From Planctomycetota bacterium (GTDB lineage: Bacteria; Planctomycetota; UBA1135; UBA2386): 64,000 nt of DNA. The stretch is taken from positions 5,696,001 through 5,760,000 of the forward strand of contig OZ245838.1 in assembly GCA_965228735.1 (NCBI GenBank), given 5' to 3'. The translations under genes were made by a program, and so were the position numbers. Within the stretch, counting starts at the first letter, position 1; the number at the start of each line of letters is the position of its first letter. Of this stretch, positions 1 through 7,836 are shown in pieces. The notes beneath the pieces are model-generated. The model did not search any database. It was not told where the DNA came from and saw nothing but the letters and a program-made list of their open reading frames with translations.

Positions 1-1033
1 GCTCGTCACCGCGTTCTGCGGCAGCACCGACATCGGCCAGGGCAGCGACAGCGTGCTCGGCTGGATCATCGGCGAGGTGCTCGGCATCGACCCGCTCGAC
101 ATCAAGGTCGTCACGGCCGACACCGACCTCACGCCCGTCGACCTCGGCAGCTACAGCTCGCGTGTCACGGTCATGACCGGCAACGCCGCGATGCAGGCCG
201 CCGAGCGCGCCCGCGACATCATCGCCCAGTCCGTAGCCAAGAAGCTCGAGGTGCCGGCCGGCCGTCTCGTCTTCGCCGACTCGCGCGTGTTCGACGCGGA
301 AGAACCCAAGACCGGCATGACGTTCCAGGAGGCGATCCAGGTCGCCGAGGCCGAGAACGGCACGATCGGCACCGTCGGCAGCTACGCGCCGCCGAAGTCC
401 GCGGCCAAGTTCCGCGGCGGCGGCGTCGGACCGAGTCCGAGCTACAGCTACTCGGCCGCGGTGGTGGAGGTCGAGGTCGATCCCGACACCGGCGTCTACC
501 GCGTGCCCAAGGTCTGGATGGCGCACGACATCGGCAGAGCGCTCAACGCCGCGGTCGCGATGGGGCAGATCGAGGGTTCGGTCTACATGGGCCTCGGCGA
601 GGCGATGATGGAGGAACAGGTCTACCGCGACCGTTCGCACAAGGGGCAGCGCATCTTCGTGCACAAGATCCCCTCACTGCTCGAGTACAAGAGTCCGACG
701 ACGTTCGAGATGCCCGACGTCGTGACCTACGTCGTCGAGGACCCGGACAAGAACGGGCCGTTCGGCGCCAAGGAGGTCGGGCAGGGTCCGCTGCTGCCGA
801 TGATGCCCGCCGTCGCCAACGCGGTGTTCGACGCCGTCGGCGTCCGCGTCGACGAGGTCCCGGTGTCGTTCGAGAAGGTGTTCGCGGCGATGCAGGCCGA
901 CGACAAGCGGCACGGGCCGGCCGGCGTGCCCGACGTCGACTTCGGCGAGCCGCTGCAGGTCGAGACGCCGTGGCAGGGCGGCGACGGTCGCGCGAAGAAC
1001 GATCCCAAGCGCACCAAGAAGGCGGCCAAGTAG
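1..1033 (+). CDS. hcrA: 4-hydroxybenzoyl-CoA reductase alpha-like subunit (xanthine dehydrogenase family, Mo-binding), 5'-truncated by the window
   Basis: Frame is open from the window edge. Motifs DIGQG, DLGSYSSR, GQIEG and GAKEVGQG. Adjacent to an HcrB-type gene. Confidence 0.75.
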   Translation, partial: LVTAFCGSTDIGQGSDSVLGWIIGEVLGIDPLDIKVVTADTDLTPVDLGSYSSRVTVMTGNAAMQAAERARDIIAQSVAKKLEVPAGRLVFADSRVFDAEEPKTGMTFQEAIQVAEAENGTIGTVGSYAPPKSAAKFRGGGVGPSPSYSYSAAVVEVEVDPDTGVYRVPKVWMAHDIGRALNAAVAMGQIEGSVYMGLGEAMMEEQVYRDRSHKGQRIFVHKIPSLLEYKSPTTFEMPDVVTYVVEDPDKNGPFGAKEVGQGPLLPMMPAVANAVFDAVGVRVDEVPVSFEKVFAAMQADDKRHGPAGVPDVDFGEPLQVETPWQGGDGRAKNDPKRTKKAAK

Positions 1034-1058
1034 GAGACCGGTAGGAGAACCCAGAGCG

Positions 1059-2039
1059 ATGCTGCGACTTCCCACGTTCACCTACCATCGGCCGAAGACC
1101 GCGGCGGACGCCGTGGCGCTCAAGGCCGAGCACGGTCCGGCCGCGATGTTCGTCGCGGGTGGCACCGATCTCTATCCCAACATGAAGCGTCGGCACCAGG
1201 ACCCGACGCACGTGATCTCGCTGCAGGACCTGCAGGGCGTGCACGCGATCGAAGTGCAGGACGACGGCAGCGTTGCGATCGGCGCGATGGTCAAGCTGTC
1301 GACGATCGAACACCACCCGCACATCAGGGAGCACTACCCGGCGATCGCGCACGCGGTGCGCGAGATCAGCACGCCGCTGCTGCGCAACATGGGCACGATC
1401 GGCGGCAACCTGCTGCTCGATACGCGCTGCACCTACTACGACCAGTCGCACGAGTGGCGCGAGTCGATCGACTTCTGCATGAAGAAGGACGGTGCGATCT
1501 GCTGGGTCGCGCCGGGCTCGCCGCGGTGCTGGGCCGTGCAGAGCAGTGACACCGTGCCCGTCGTCTGCGCGATGGAGGCCGAGGTCGAGCTCGCTGACGG
1601 CGACGGCACGCGGCGCATCGAGGCCAAGGACCTCTACCAGGACGACGGCATCGAGTACCTGACGAAGAAGCCGGAGGAGCTGCTCACGCGGTTGATCCTG
1701 CCGGCGCCGGGCAGCTGGAAGTCGGCCTACACCAAGCTGCGCCGGCGCGACACGTTCGACTTTCCGGTGCTCGGGGTCGGCGCGTGCCTGTGGTTCGACG
1801 GCGACGGCACGGTGACGAAGGCCAACGTGCGCCTCGGCGGGGCGGGCTCGTACGCGATTCCCGCGACGGCGACCGAGGACCTGCTCGTCGGGCAGAAGCT
1901 CACGGACCAACTCGTCGCCGACGCCGGCAAGGCCGCGATGAAGCCGGCCCGCACGATGGACAACACCGACCTCGACGTCTACTGGCGGAGGAAGGTCGCG
2001 CCGGTCTACGTCGCGCGCGCGATCGCCGCGTGTCGCTGA
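1059..2039 (+). CDS. hcrB: 4-hydroxybenzoyl-CoA reductase beta-like subunit (FAD plus [4Fe-4S] insert)
   Basis: AGGTDL and RNMGTIGGNL FAD motifs. Four-Cys insert RCTYY..FCMKKDGAICWVAPGSPRC typical of HcrB. GGAG RBS upstream. Confidence 0.85.
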   Translation: MLRLPTFTYHRPKTAADAVALKAEHGPAAMFVAGGTDLYPNMKRRHQDPTHVISLQDLQGVHAIEVQDDGSVAIGAMVKLSTIEHHPHIREHYPAIAHAVREISTPLLRNMGTIGGNLLLDTRCTYYDQSHEWRESIDFCMKKDGAICWVAPGSPRCWAVQSSDTVPVVCAMEAEVELADGDGTRRIEAKDLYQDDGIEYLTKKPEELLTRLILPAPGSWKSAYTKLRRRDTFDFPVLGVGACLWFDGDGTVTKANVRLGGAGSYAIPATATEDLLVGQKLTDQLVADAGKAAMKPARTMDNTDLDVYWRRKVAPVYVARAIAACR

Positions 2040-2710
2040 GGTCGACTCGTAGCGCGCCGCCGCGCCGTCGCGTTGCCGCGTTCGTCCCCGCAGTGCTGGT
2101 CGGATGGGCCCTCACCGCCTGTCGCGGTGAAGAGCCGTGGCGCGCGCCCTTGTCCGGCGAAGCGCGGATGCTGCGGCGGGCGGCGACCGACCTTCGCAAG
2201 GCGGTCGCGGAGAAGAACGGCGCCCTCGCGAAAATCCGACTCACCGCTGCGAGTCTCGGTGTCGTCGATCGCGCGCGCCGCGCCGCGTTGCGCATGCCGG
2301 CGGAGCAGCTTCGAACCCTGCCGCCCGTCGCGCAGGTTCGGACGCTCACGATGCGCGCCCGCTACGGCGAGGCGTTGACCGACATGCTGAGCGACACCGT
2401 CGATCGCCTCGTCATGGACGGCGCCTTGGCGCTGCCGCGTGGCCTCGAGCGCATCGCGTCCGGGACCGCAGCGCTCGAGATCCGCGATGACGAGGCGCGT
2501 TGCCGCGTCGGGCTCGATGACGAGTCGGCGACTGCAGCGGTCAGCATCACGCTGCGGCAGGAGGCCGGGGCGTGGCGGTTCGACCTCGAATCCCTCGATA
2601 CCGCGCTCGGACGCGAGCTCCGCGGCGCCGACGAGGCCACCATCCTGCGCCGGGTCGGCGAGCTCGCGGGCCGCCCCGTGGACGCCGCGATCTGGCAGCC
2701 GCTGCGCTGA
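2030..2710 (+). CDS. hypothetical lipoprotein
   Basis: GTG start overlapping the hcrB end. Basic N-terminus, hydrophobic stretch and lipobox LTAC. Start uncertain. Confidence 0.55.
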   Translation: MSLRSTRSAPPRRRVAAFVPAVLVGWALTACRGEEPWRAPLSGEARMLRRAATDLRKAVAEKNGALAKIRLTAASLGVVDRARRAALRMPAEQLRTLPPVAQVRTLTMRARYGEALTDMLSDTVDRLVMDGALALPRGLERIASGTAALEIRDDEARCRVGLDDESATAAVSITLRQEAGAWRFDLESLDTALGRELRGADEATILRRVGELAGRPVDAAIWQPLR

Positions 2711-2767
2711 TCCGGGTGGGGTCATCGCGGGCTCAACCGCGGGCCGGGAAACGCCGATAGTGTCGAC

Positions 2768-3493
2768 ATGTTCGACGTTCGGCGGCTCTGCAAGAAGCTC
2801 GTCACGCCCTTTCGCCAATACCTCGGCCGGCTGACCGTCGTCGACCGCTACCTGCGCGGCGAAGGGCTCGAGATCGGCGCGCTGCAGGACCCGATGCCGA
2901 TGCCGAGGGGCACCCGGGTGCGCTACGTCGACATTGCCAGGACCGAGGAACTGCGCGCGATGTACCCGGCCAAGACGCGGCGCTGGCTCGTCGACGTCGA
3001 CGTCGTGGACGACGGCGAGAAGTTGGCAACCGTCGAGGACGGTTCGCAGGACTTCGTCGCGAGCAACCACTTCTTCGAGCACACCGAGGATCCGATCGGC
3101 GCCCTGCGCAACATGCTGCGCGTCGTGCGTCCGGGCGGGGTCGTCTACATGTCGGTGCCCGACAAGCGCCATATGTTCGACCGCGACCGGCCATCGACGA
3201 CGGTCGAGCACGTCGTCCGCGATCATGAGGACGGGCCGGCCTGGTCGCGGAACCAGCACTACGAAGAGGTCGTGCGGCTCGGCATCAAGGTCGAGGGTGA
3301 GGGCGCGATCGCGACGCGGGTGCAGGAGCTGAAGGAGCAGGACTTCCGCATCCACTTCCACTGCTGGTCGCAGACCGACTTCCTCGAGCTGCTGACTAGC
3401 CTGCAGCGCCGCGCGGCCTTCCCGCGCTTCGACATTGCCGAGTTCGTCGCGAACGAGCAGGAGATGGTCGTCGTGCTGCGGAAACTGCCGTAG
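2768..3493 (+). CDS. class I SAM-dependent methyltransferase
   Basis: GLEIGA motif I, DFVASNHFFEH, LRVVRPGG. Confidence 0.8.
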   Translation: MFDVRRLCKKLVTPFRQYLGRLTVVDRYLRGEGLEIGALQDPMPMPRGTRVRYVDIARTEELRAMYPAKTRRWLVDVDVVDDGEKLATVEDGSQDFVASNHFFEHTEDPIGALRNMLRVVRPGGVVYMSVPDKRHMFDRDRPSTTVEHVVRDHEDGPAWSRNQHYEEVVRLGIKVEGEGAIATRVQELKEQDFRIHFHCWSQTDFLELLTSLQRRAAFPRFDIAEFVANEQEMVVVLRKLP

Positions 3494-3523
3494 TCGGCGC
3501 CACGACTCGGTAGGCTCACAGCC

Positions 3524-4204
3524 GTGTCGCTGTGGCTCGCGATTCCGCTGGGTGTCGGCCCCTGCCTGTTGTGGTTGTGGATGGTCTATCGCCACGACGA
3601 CCACGAGCAGGAGCCGTGGACGCATATCGCGCTGGCGTTCGCGCTCGGCGCGCTGTCGGTGATCGGCGTGCTCGTGACGCGGCCGTGGCTCGATGCCGCG
3701 TTCGAGGTCGTGACGCCCGCGCTCGACGCGTTCGTCGTCACGGCGCTGAACGAGGAGCTCTGGAAGTTCGGCGCGTTCCTGCCGCTGCTCGCGACGGCCG
3801 AGCTCGATGAGCCGTTGGACGGGGCGCTCTATGGCGCGGCGTGCGGTCTCGGCTTCGCCGGGGTCGAGAACGTGATCTACGCGCAGCACTGTGACGTCTC
3901 GGTGCTGTTCCAGCGCGCGTTCACGTCGACGCTGCTGCATGCGGCATGTTCGGGTGGGCTCGGGTTCTTCGCGGCGCTCGTGAAGCTGCATCCGCGGGAT
4001 CGCTGCGTCCCGCTCTGGATCGCGTTCGCGCTGCCGCTCGCCGTCGTTCTGCACGGGCTCTACGATCTCTATCTCGACGGCGACCGCGTGCGGGCGCAGG
4101 TGTCGCTGATCCTCGTGTTGCCCGTCGCGCTGTATCTGCTCGTGCTCAAGCTGCGCTGGGCGCGGTCGCGCTCACCCGATTATCACCCCGAGGAAGACTC
4201 GTGA
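3524..4204 (+). CDS. prsW: PrsW-family intramembrane protease
   Basis: Multi-TM protein with EExxK, GFAxxEN and two His motifs (LHAACS, LHGLYD). Confidence 0.8.
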   Translation: MSLWLAIPLGVGPCLLWLWMVYRHDDHEQEPWTHIALAFALGALSVIGVLVTRPWLDAAFEVVTPALDAFVVTALNEELWKFGAFLPLLATAELDEPLDGALYGAACGLGFAGVENVIYAQHCDVSVLFQRAFTSTLLHAACSGGLGFFAALVKLHPRDRCVPLWIAFALPLAVVLHGLYDLYLDGDRVRAQVSLILVLPVALYLLVLKLRWARSRSPDYHPEEDS

Positions 4205-5139
4205 CGTTGCCCGACGACCAGCTGCGCCGCATCGGTCGGCTGCGCGAGCTGTTCCTCGACGACGCGAGGGGTGGTCGGCGGCTGGCTGACTACTGGCGTG
4301 ACTTCGATGACCTGCAGGCCTACGACCGGGTGCTCGCGGCGCGCATCGGCTGGAAGTGGGACGCGGCGCTGACCGAAGCACGCGACCGCGGGTTCGCGCC
4401 CGGGGCGGATGCGCGGGTCCTCGACTTCGGCTGTGGCTCGGGCATCGCGGCCCGGCGCTACGTCGAGCACTTCGCCGCCGCAGATGTCGCGTTCCATGAT
4501 CGTTCGACGCATGCGATGGAGTTTGCGCTCCGCGAGTTCGGCGTCGAACGAGCGGGGTGCGGCGGGCGGATCGCGGCTGACGTCACGACCGCGGAACCCG
4601 ACGTGTTGCTGGTGAGTCACGTGTTGTCGGAGCTCGACGACCGCGGCCGGCGCGGGCTGCGCGAGCTGATTTCCCGGTCGCAGAACGTGCTCATCGTCGA
4701 GTCGGGCAACCGAAGCGCGGCCCGGCGGCTCTCCGAGATGCGCGATGGGCTCCTGGATCGGTTTCGCATCGTCGCGCCGTGCCCACACGCCGAAGGATGC
4801 CCCGCACTCGCGACGGCCGAAGACTGGTGCCACTTCTTCGCCGCCCCGCCGCCCGAGGTCTTCACCGATGGCGACTGGGTGAAGACCGCGCGTAGCGTCG
4901 GCGTCGACCTCCGAGCTCTGCCCTACGCGTTCTTGGCGCTGACGCGCGACGACGAACCGGCCCCGGCCGTCGAGCCGCCACCCAATCGCATGCTCGGCCG
5001 CCCGAAGATCAAGTCCCGCGACGCGCTGGTGACCGTGTGCACCGCTGACGGCCTCGAGCGCCGCGCAGTGGACAAGAAGCGCGATCGCGAATCCTTCCGC
5101 CAGCTGAAGAAGCATCCGGAGTCCGTGCGCACGCTGTGA
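4201..5139 (+). CDS. Rsm22/METTL17-family methyltransferase
   Basis: GTGA overlap with prsW. VLDFGCGSG, SHVLSEL, APCPHxxxCP...WCHF. Confidence 0.75.
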   Translation: MTLPDDQLRRIGRLRELFLDDARGGRRLADYWRDFDDLQAYDRVLAARIGWKWDAALTEARDRGFAPGADARVLDFGCGSGIAARRYVEHFAAADVAFHDRSTHAMEFALREFGVERAGCGGRIAADVTTAEPDVLLVSHVLSELDDRGRRGLRELISRSQNVLIVESGNRSAARRLSEMRDGLLDRFRIVAPCPHAEGCPALATAEDWCHFFAAPPPEVFTDGDWVKTARSVGVDLRALPYAFLALTRDDEPAPAVEPPPNRMLGRPKIKSRDALVTVCTADGLERRAVDKKRDRESFRQLKKHPESVRTL

Positions 5140-5179
5140 ACATACGGAACCCGCCAGCAGTGACTCCCGGTTTGTCTCA

Positions 5180-5305
5180 CACCGTACGGAACCAGGTTCA
5201 TGCTGCCGGCCCCCGGAACGCCGCCCGCAAGGCAGCGCCCCCGCGGCCGGCAGCATGAACCTGGTTCCGTACGGTGGCGGATTTGAAGCGGGTTCGGTAT
5301 CGCCA
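5180..5305. repeat. REP/REPIN-like cluster: perfect 32-bp inverted repeat plus a third related copy
   Basis: 5180-5211 is the exact reverse complement of 5245-5276. 5273-5305 matches 28303-28335 at 30/33. Lies between convergent genes. Confidence 0.85.
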
Positions 5306-6421
5306 TCACTGCCCGAGTGCGCCTGGCAGGGGTGGAGCGATGCGGCCGTCAGTGGCGCGATAGGCATTGCCGAAGCCGAGTGCGTCGGCAACCGTCGCAG
5401 CCGTCATCGCCTGCGTGGCGTTGACGTTCTCGCGCACGCCGAGCGGTTTCGTGTCGGGGCCGAGGATCGCGAACCACACTTCCTCGGCGCCCTTGATGTC
5501 GGCGTTGTGGTTCGTCCAGTCGTGCGGGTCGCGGCCGCGGCCGTGGTCGACGGTGACGAGCAGCGTCGTCTTGCCGCGATACTGCGGGTCGCTCTGCGCC
5601 CAGTCCCAGAGCTCGCGGATCATCGCGTCCGCGCGGTTGGCCATCTGCAGATACAGATCGTAACGCCTGCTGTGCGCCCATTCGTCCGTCTCGCCGAGCG
5701 CGAGGTACAGCACGCGCGGCTTCTTCACGACGAGATACTCCTTCGTGCGCGCGAACGTCGCGCCGTCGAGCGCGAAGTATTCCCAATAGCGCGGCATGTT
5801 GTCGAACTGGGCCTGCAGCAGGGCGCGCCGTTCGGGCGTCACTGCTACCGTGACGGGGTCGTACGCCGACTCCACGAACACGCCGCTGCGATCCGCGTTG
5901 ATCATGTAGGGATGCACGTCCCAGCCGGAGAACGCCGCGACCCGACCGCGCAGCTCGGGCTGCCCGTTCAAGAACTCGAGCACCGTGATGTTGGGGTTGG
6001 GCAGCTTGTTGTTGCTCTTGATGCGCTCGTCGGCGAACCCGCAGAGCAGCTCGCTGTAGCCGGGATAGGAGAAGCGGTGCGGGTTGGAGACCTTCGCCCT
6101 CGCCCCGCGTTCGGGGTCGCCGAAGATCTGGCCCTGCTCGGCGATCACCGACCAGAGGAACGGCATGAGCACCTTGCGGCGCGCCTCTTCGGTGCCGCGC
6201 CAGAACCGCCGCCGGGTCGCCAGCAGGTCCTTCACGCCGCCGTGGTCGACGTTCATCATCCGGTTGTCCGCGCCCGTGAAGACGTCCTGCCACCGCAGGC
6301 CGTCGAGGGTTACGAGGATGACGTTCTCCGCCCGCCGAACGGGCTCGATCTGGGCGAACACTGGGCTCCCGAGGGCCGTGGCGGCGACCAGGGCCGCGAG
6401 CAGGATCGTGCGCATGCGCAC
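5306..6421 (-). CDS. secreted alkaline phosphatase superfamily metalloenzyme
   Basis: Signal peptide. ILVTLDGLRWQ, FSYPGYSE, ETDEWAH, TVDHGRG. Confidence 0.8.
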   Translation of the reverse strand: MRMRTILLAALVAATALGSPVFAQIEPVRRAENVILVTLDGLRWQDVFTGADNRMMNVDHGGVKDLLATRRRFWRGTEEARRKVLMPFLWSVIAEQGQIFGDPERGARAKVSNPHRFSYPGYSELLCGFADERIKSNNKLPNPNITVLEFLNGQPELRGRVAAFSGWDVHPYMINADRSGVFVESAYDPVTVAVTPERRALLQAQFDNMPRYWEYFALDGATFARTKEYLVVKKPRVLYLALGETDEWAHSRRYDLYLQMANRADAMIRELWDWAQSDPQYRGKTTLLVTVDHGRGRDPHDWTNHNADIKGAEEVWFAILGPDTKPLGVRENVNATQAMTAATVADALGFGNAYRATDGRIAPPLPGALGQ

Positions 6422-6490
6422 AGCATCGGGATCGACGGCCGAGGCCGCCAGGGCCCGTTACCTCCCGTCGCAGCGGGATTATTCGGTCGC

Positions 6491-7594
6491 ATGATTGCGT
6501 CCTCCCCGGATCCGTTCCGCCGTGCGCTGGCGATCTCGCCGTTCCTCGTCGTCGGACTGCTCGCGCAGCAGCCGGCCGGCCTGCTCGCCGGCATGCCGCC
6601 CACCGGCGTGCAACTGACGGCGCTCGCGATCGCGGGCGGCGCCGAGATGATGGCGCGCATCCCCGGCGAGACCTATCGCGGGATCGGTGAGTTCGTCTCG
6701 CCGGCTTCGCACCGGATTCGCGGCGTCGTGGTGCATCTGCGCGACGCGACGCCCGTGGACGGCGAGAGCTTCGATCTGCACGTCTACCTCGAGCAGGGGC
6801 TCAGCAATCGCCCGACGATCACCGGAACGCAGTCGCCGGGCACGACCGCGGTGGTCAGCGTGACGGATCTCGCGACGCCCCCCGGGCTGACGGAGCACCG
6901 TGTCGAGGTCGTGTTCGCCGCGCCGCTCGACGTGCCGATCGGCAGCGATCTGTTCATCGGCATCGTGCCCGACTCGTCGAACCTCGCGCTGCGGGTGCTC
7001 GGCGGCACGAGCGTGCCCAATGTCCTGTCGAGCGCGTTCGACGCATGCGGCCCGGCGCTCCCCCTCGGCGTGAGCTACGTGCTGCTGCACGATGCGCCGG
7101 TGCTGGAAGAACTGACCTCGGGCACGATCGGCTGGCAGGGGATGGTCGACGTGCTCGTCGACGGCCCGAGCGGGGTCGGCACGTCGCAGATCGACGGCAG
7201 CGGCGTCGCGACGGCGAGCCTGTTCTCCGGCGTGCACCCGGACGTCGCCGACCCGTCGCACCACACGGCGCGGCACGACGTCCCAGGGTATCGGTTCTAC
7301 GGCAACGGCACGGTGCCGGCGGCGTCGCTCGTCCTGCTGATCGGCTCGAGTGAACCGTTCGCGGGCGGCCCGTTCCTCGTCATCCAGCCGGGCAACGCGG
7401 TGCTGCACGTGCGCGCGGCGGGGGCGTTCGTGCTCGCGGCGGCGATCACGGATCCGAGCGGCGAGGCCGAAATGCCGTGGCCCGTTCCACAGGCGCCCGC
7501 ACTGCGCGGGCTCGACGTGACGACGCAGGCGTTCGCGTTCGACGTCGGTGCGGGTGAGGTGCGGGCCGGGGCGGCGGTGCGGCAGCGCTTCTGA
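6491..7594 (+). CDS. secreted hypothetical protein with the shared C-terminal motif
   Basis: ATG at 6491, signal-like N-terminus ending LLAQ. C-terminal PVPQAPALRGLDVTTQAFAFD. Confidence 0.65.
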   Translation: MIASSPDPFRRALAISPFLVVGLLAQQPAGLLAGMPPTGVQLTALAIAGGAEMMARIPGETYRGIGEFVSPASHRIRGVVVHLRDATPVDGESFDLHVYLEQGLSNRPTITGTQSPGTTAVVSVTDLATPPGLTEHRVEVVFAAPLDVPIGSDLFIGIVPDSSNLALRVLGGTSVPNVLSSAFDACGPALPLGVSYVLLHDAPVLEELTSGTIGWQGMVDVLVDGPSGVGTSQIDGSGVATASLFSGVHPDVADPSHHTARHDVPGYRFYGNGTVPAASLVLLIGSSEPFAGGPFLVIQPGNAVLHVRAAGAFVLAAAITDPSGEAEMPWPVPQAPALRGLDVTTQAFAFDVGAGEVRAGAAVRQRF

Positions 7595-7629
7595 GCAAGG
7601 TTGCCCGCTTCGCGGGCAAACTTGCTCAG
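7591..7629 (+). terminator. GC hairpin at the stop codon, possible terminator or mRNA stabiliser
   Basis: CTGAGCAAG-G-TTGCCCGC-TTC-GCGGGCAA-A-CTTGCTCAG gives a 17-bp stem with one mismatch. No U-tract. Confidence 0.45.
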
Positions 7630-7836
7630 GACCTCGCCGCGCTCCTGCGGAGCGCCGCTTCGGTTCTGAGGCGGACAGCGGCCGCGGGTGTCTGGGCCAT
7701 GGCACGGGCGCCTTGGCGAACGGGCAGCGGAGTCGGTTTTTCTGGCGGTCGGCAGCGGACTCTGCCGCTGCGGCGAACGGGGCGGCCTGGCCAGGCAGCC
7801 TTCCCGTTCTTGCCGACTCTCACACCCGTCCCCGAA

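Noticed and set aside
5140..5310. Possible CRISPR mini-array or IS ends
   Set aside because: Repeats are inverted and dispersed, not direct with regular spacers. No cas gene or transposase is present.
5255..6490. N-terminal 412 aa of the 779-aa ORF
   Set aside because: Antisense to the phosphatase gene. The real protein most likely begins at 6491.
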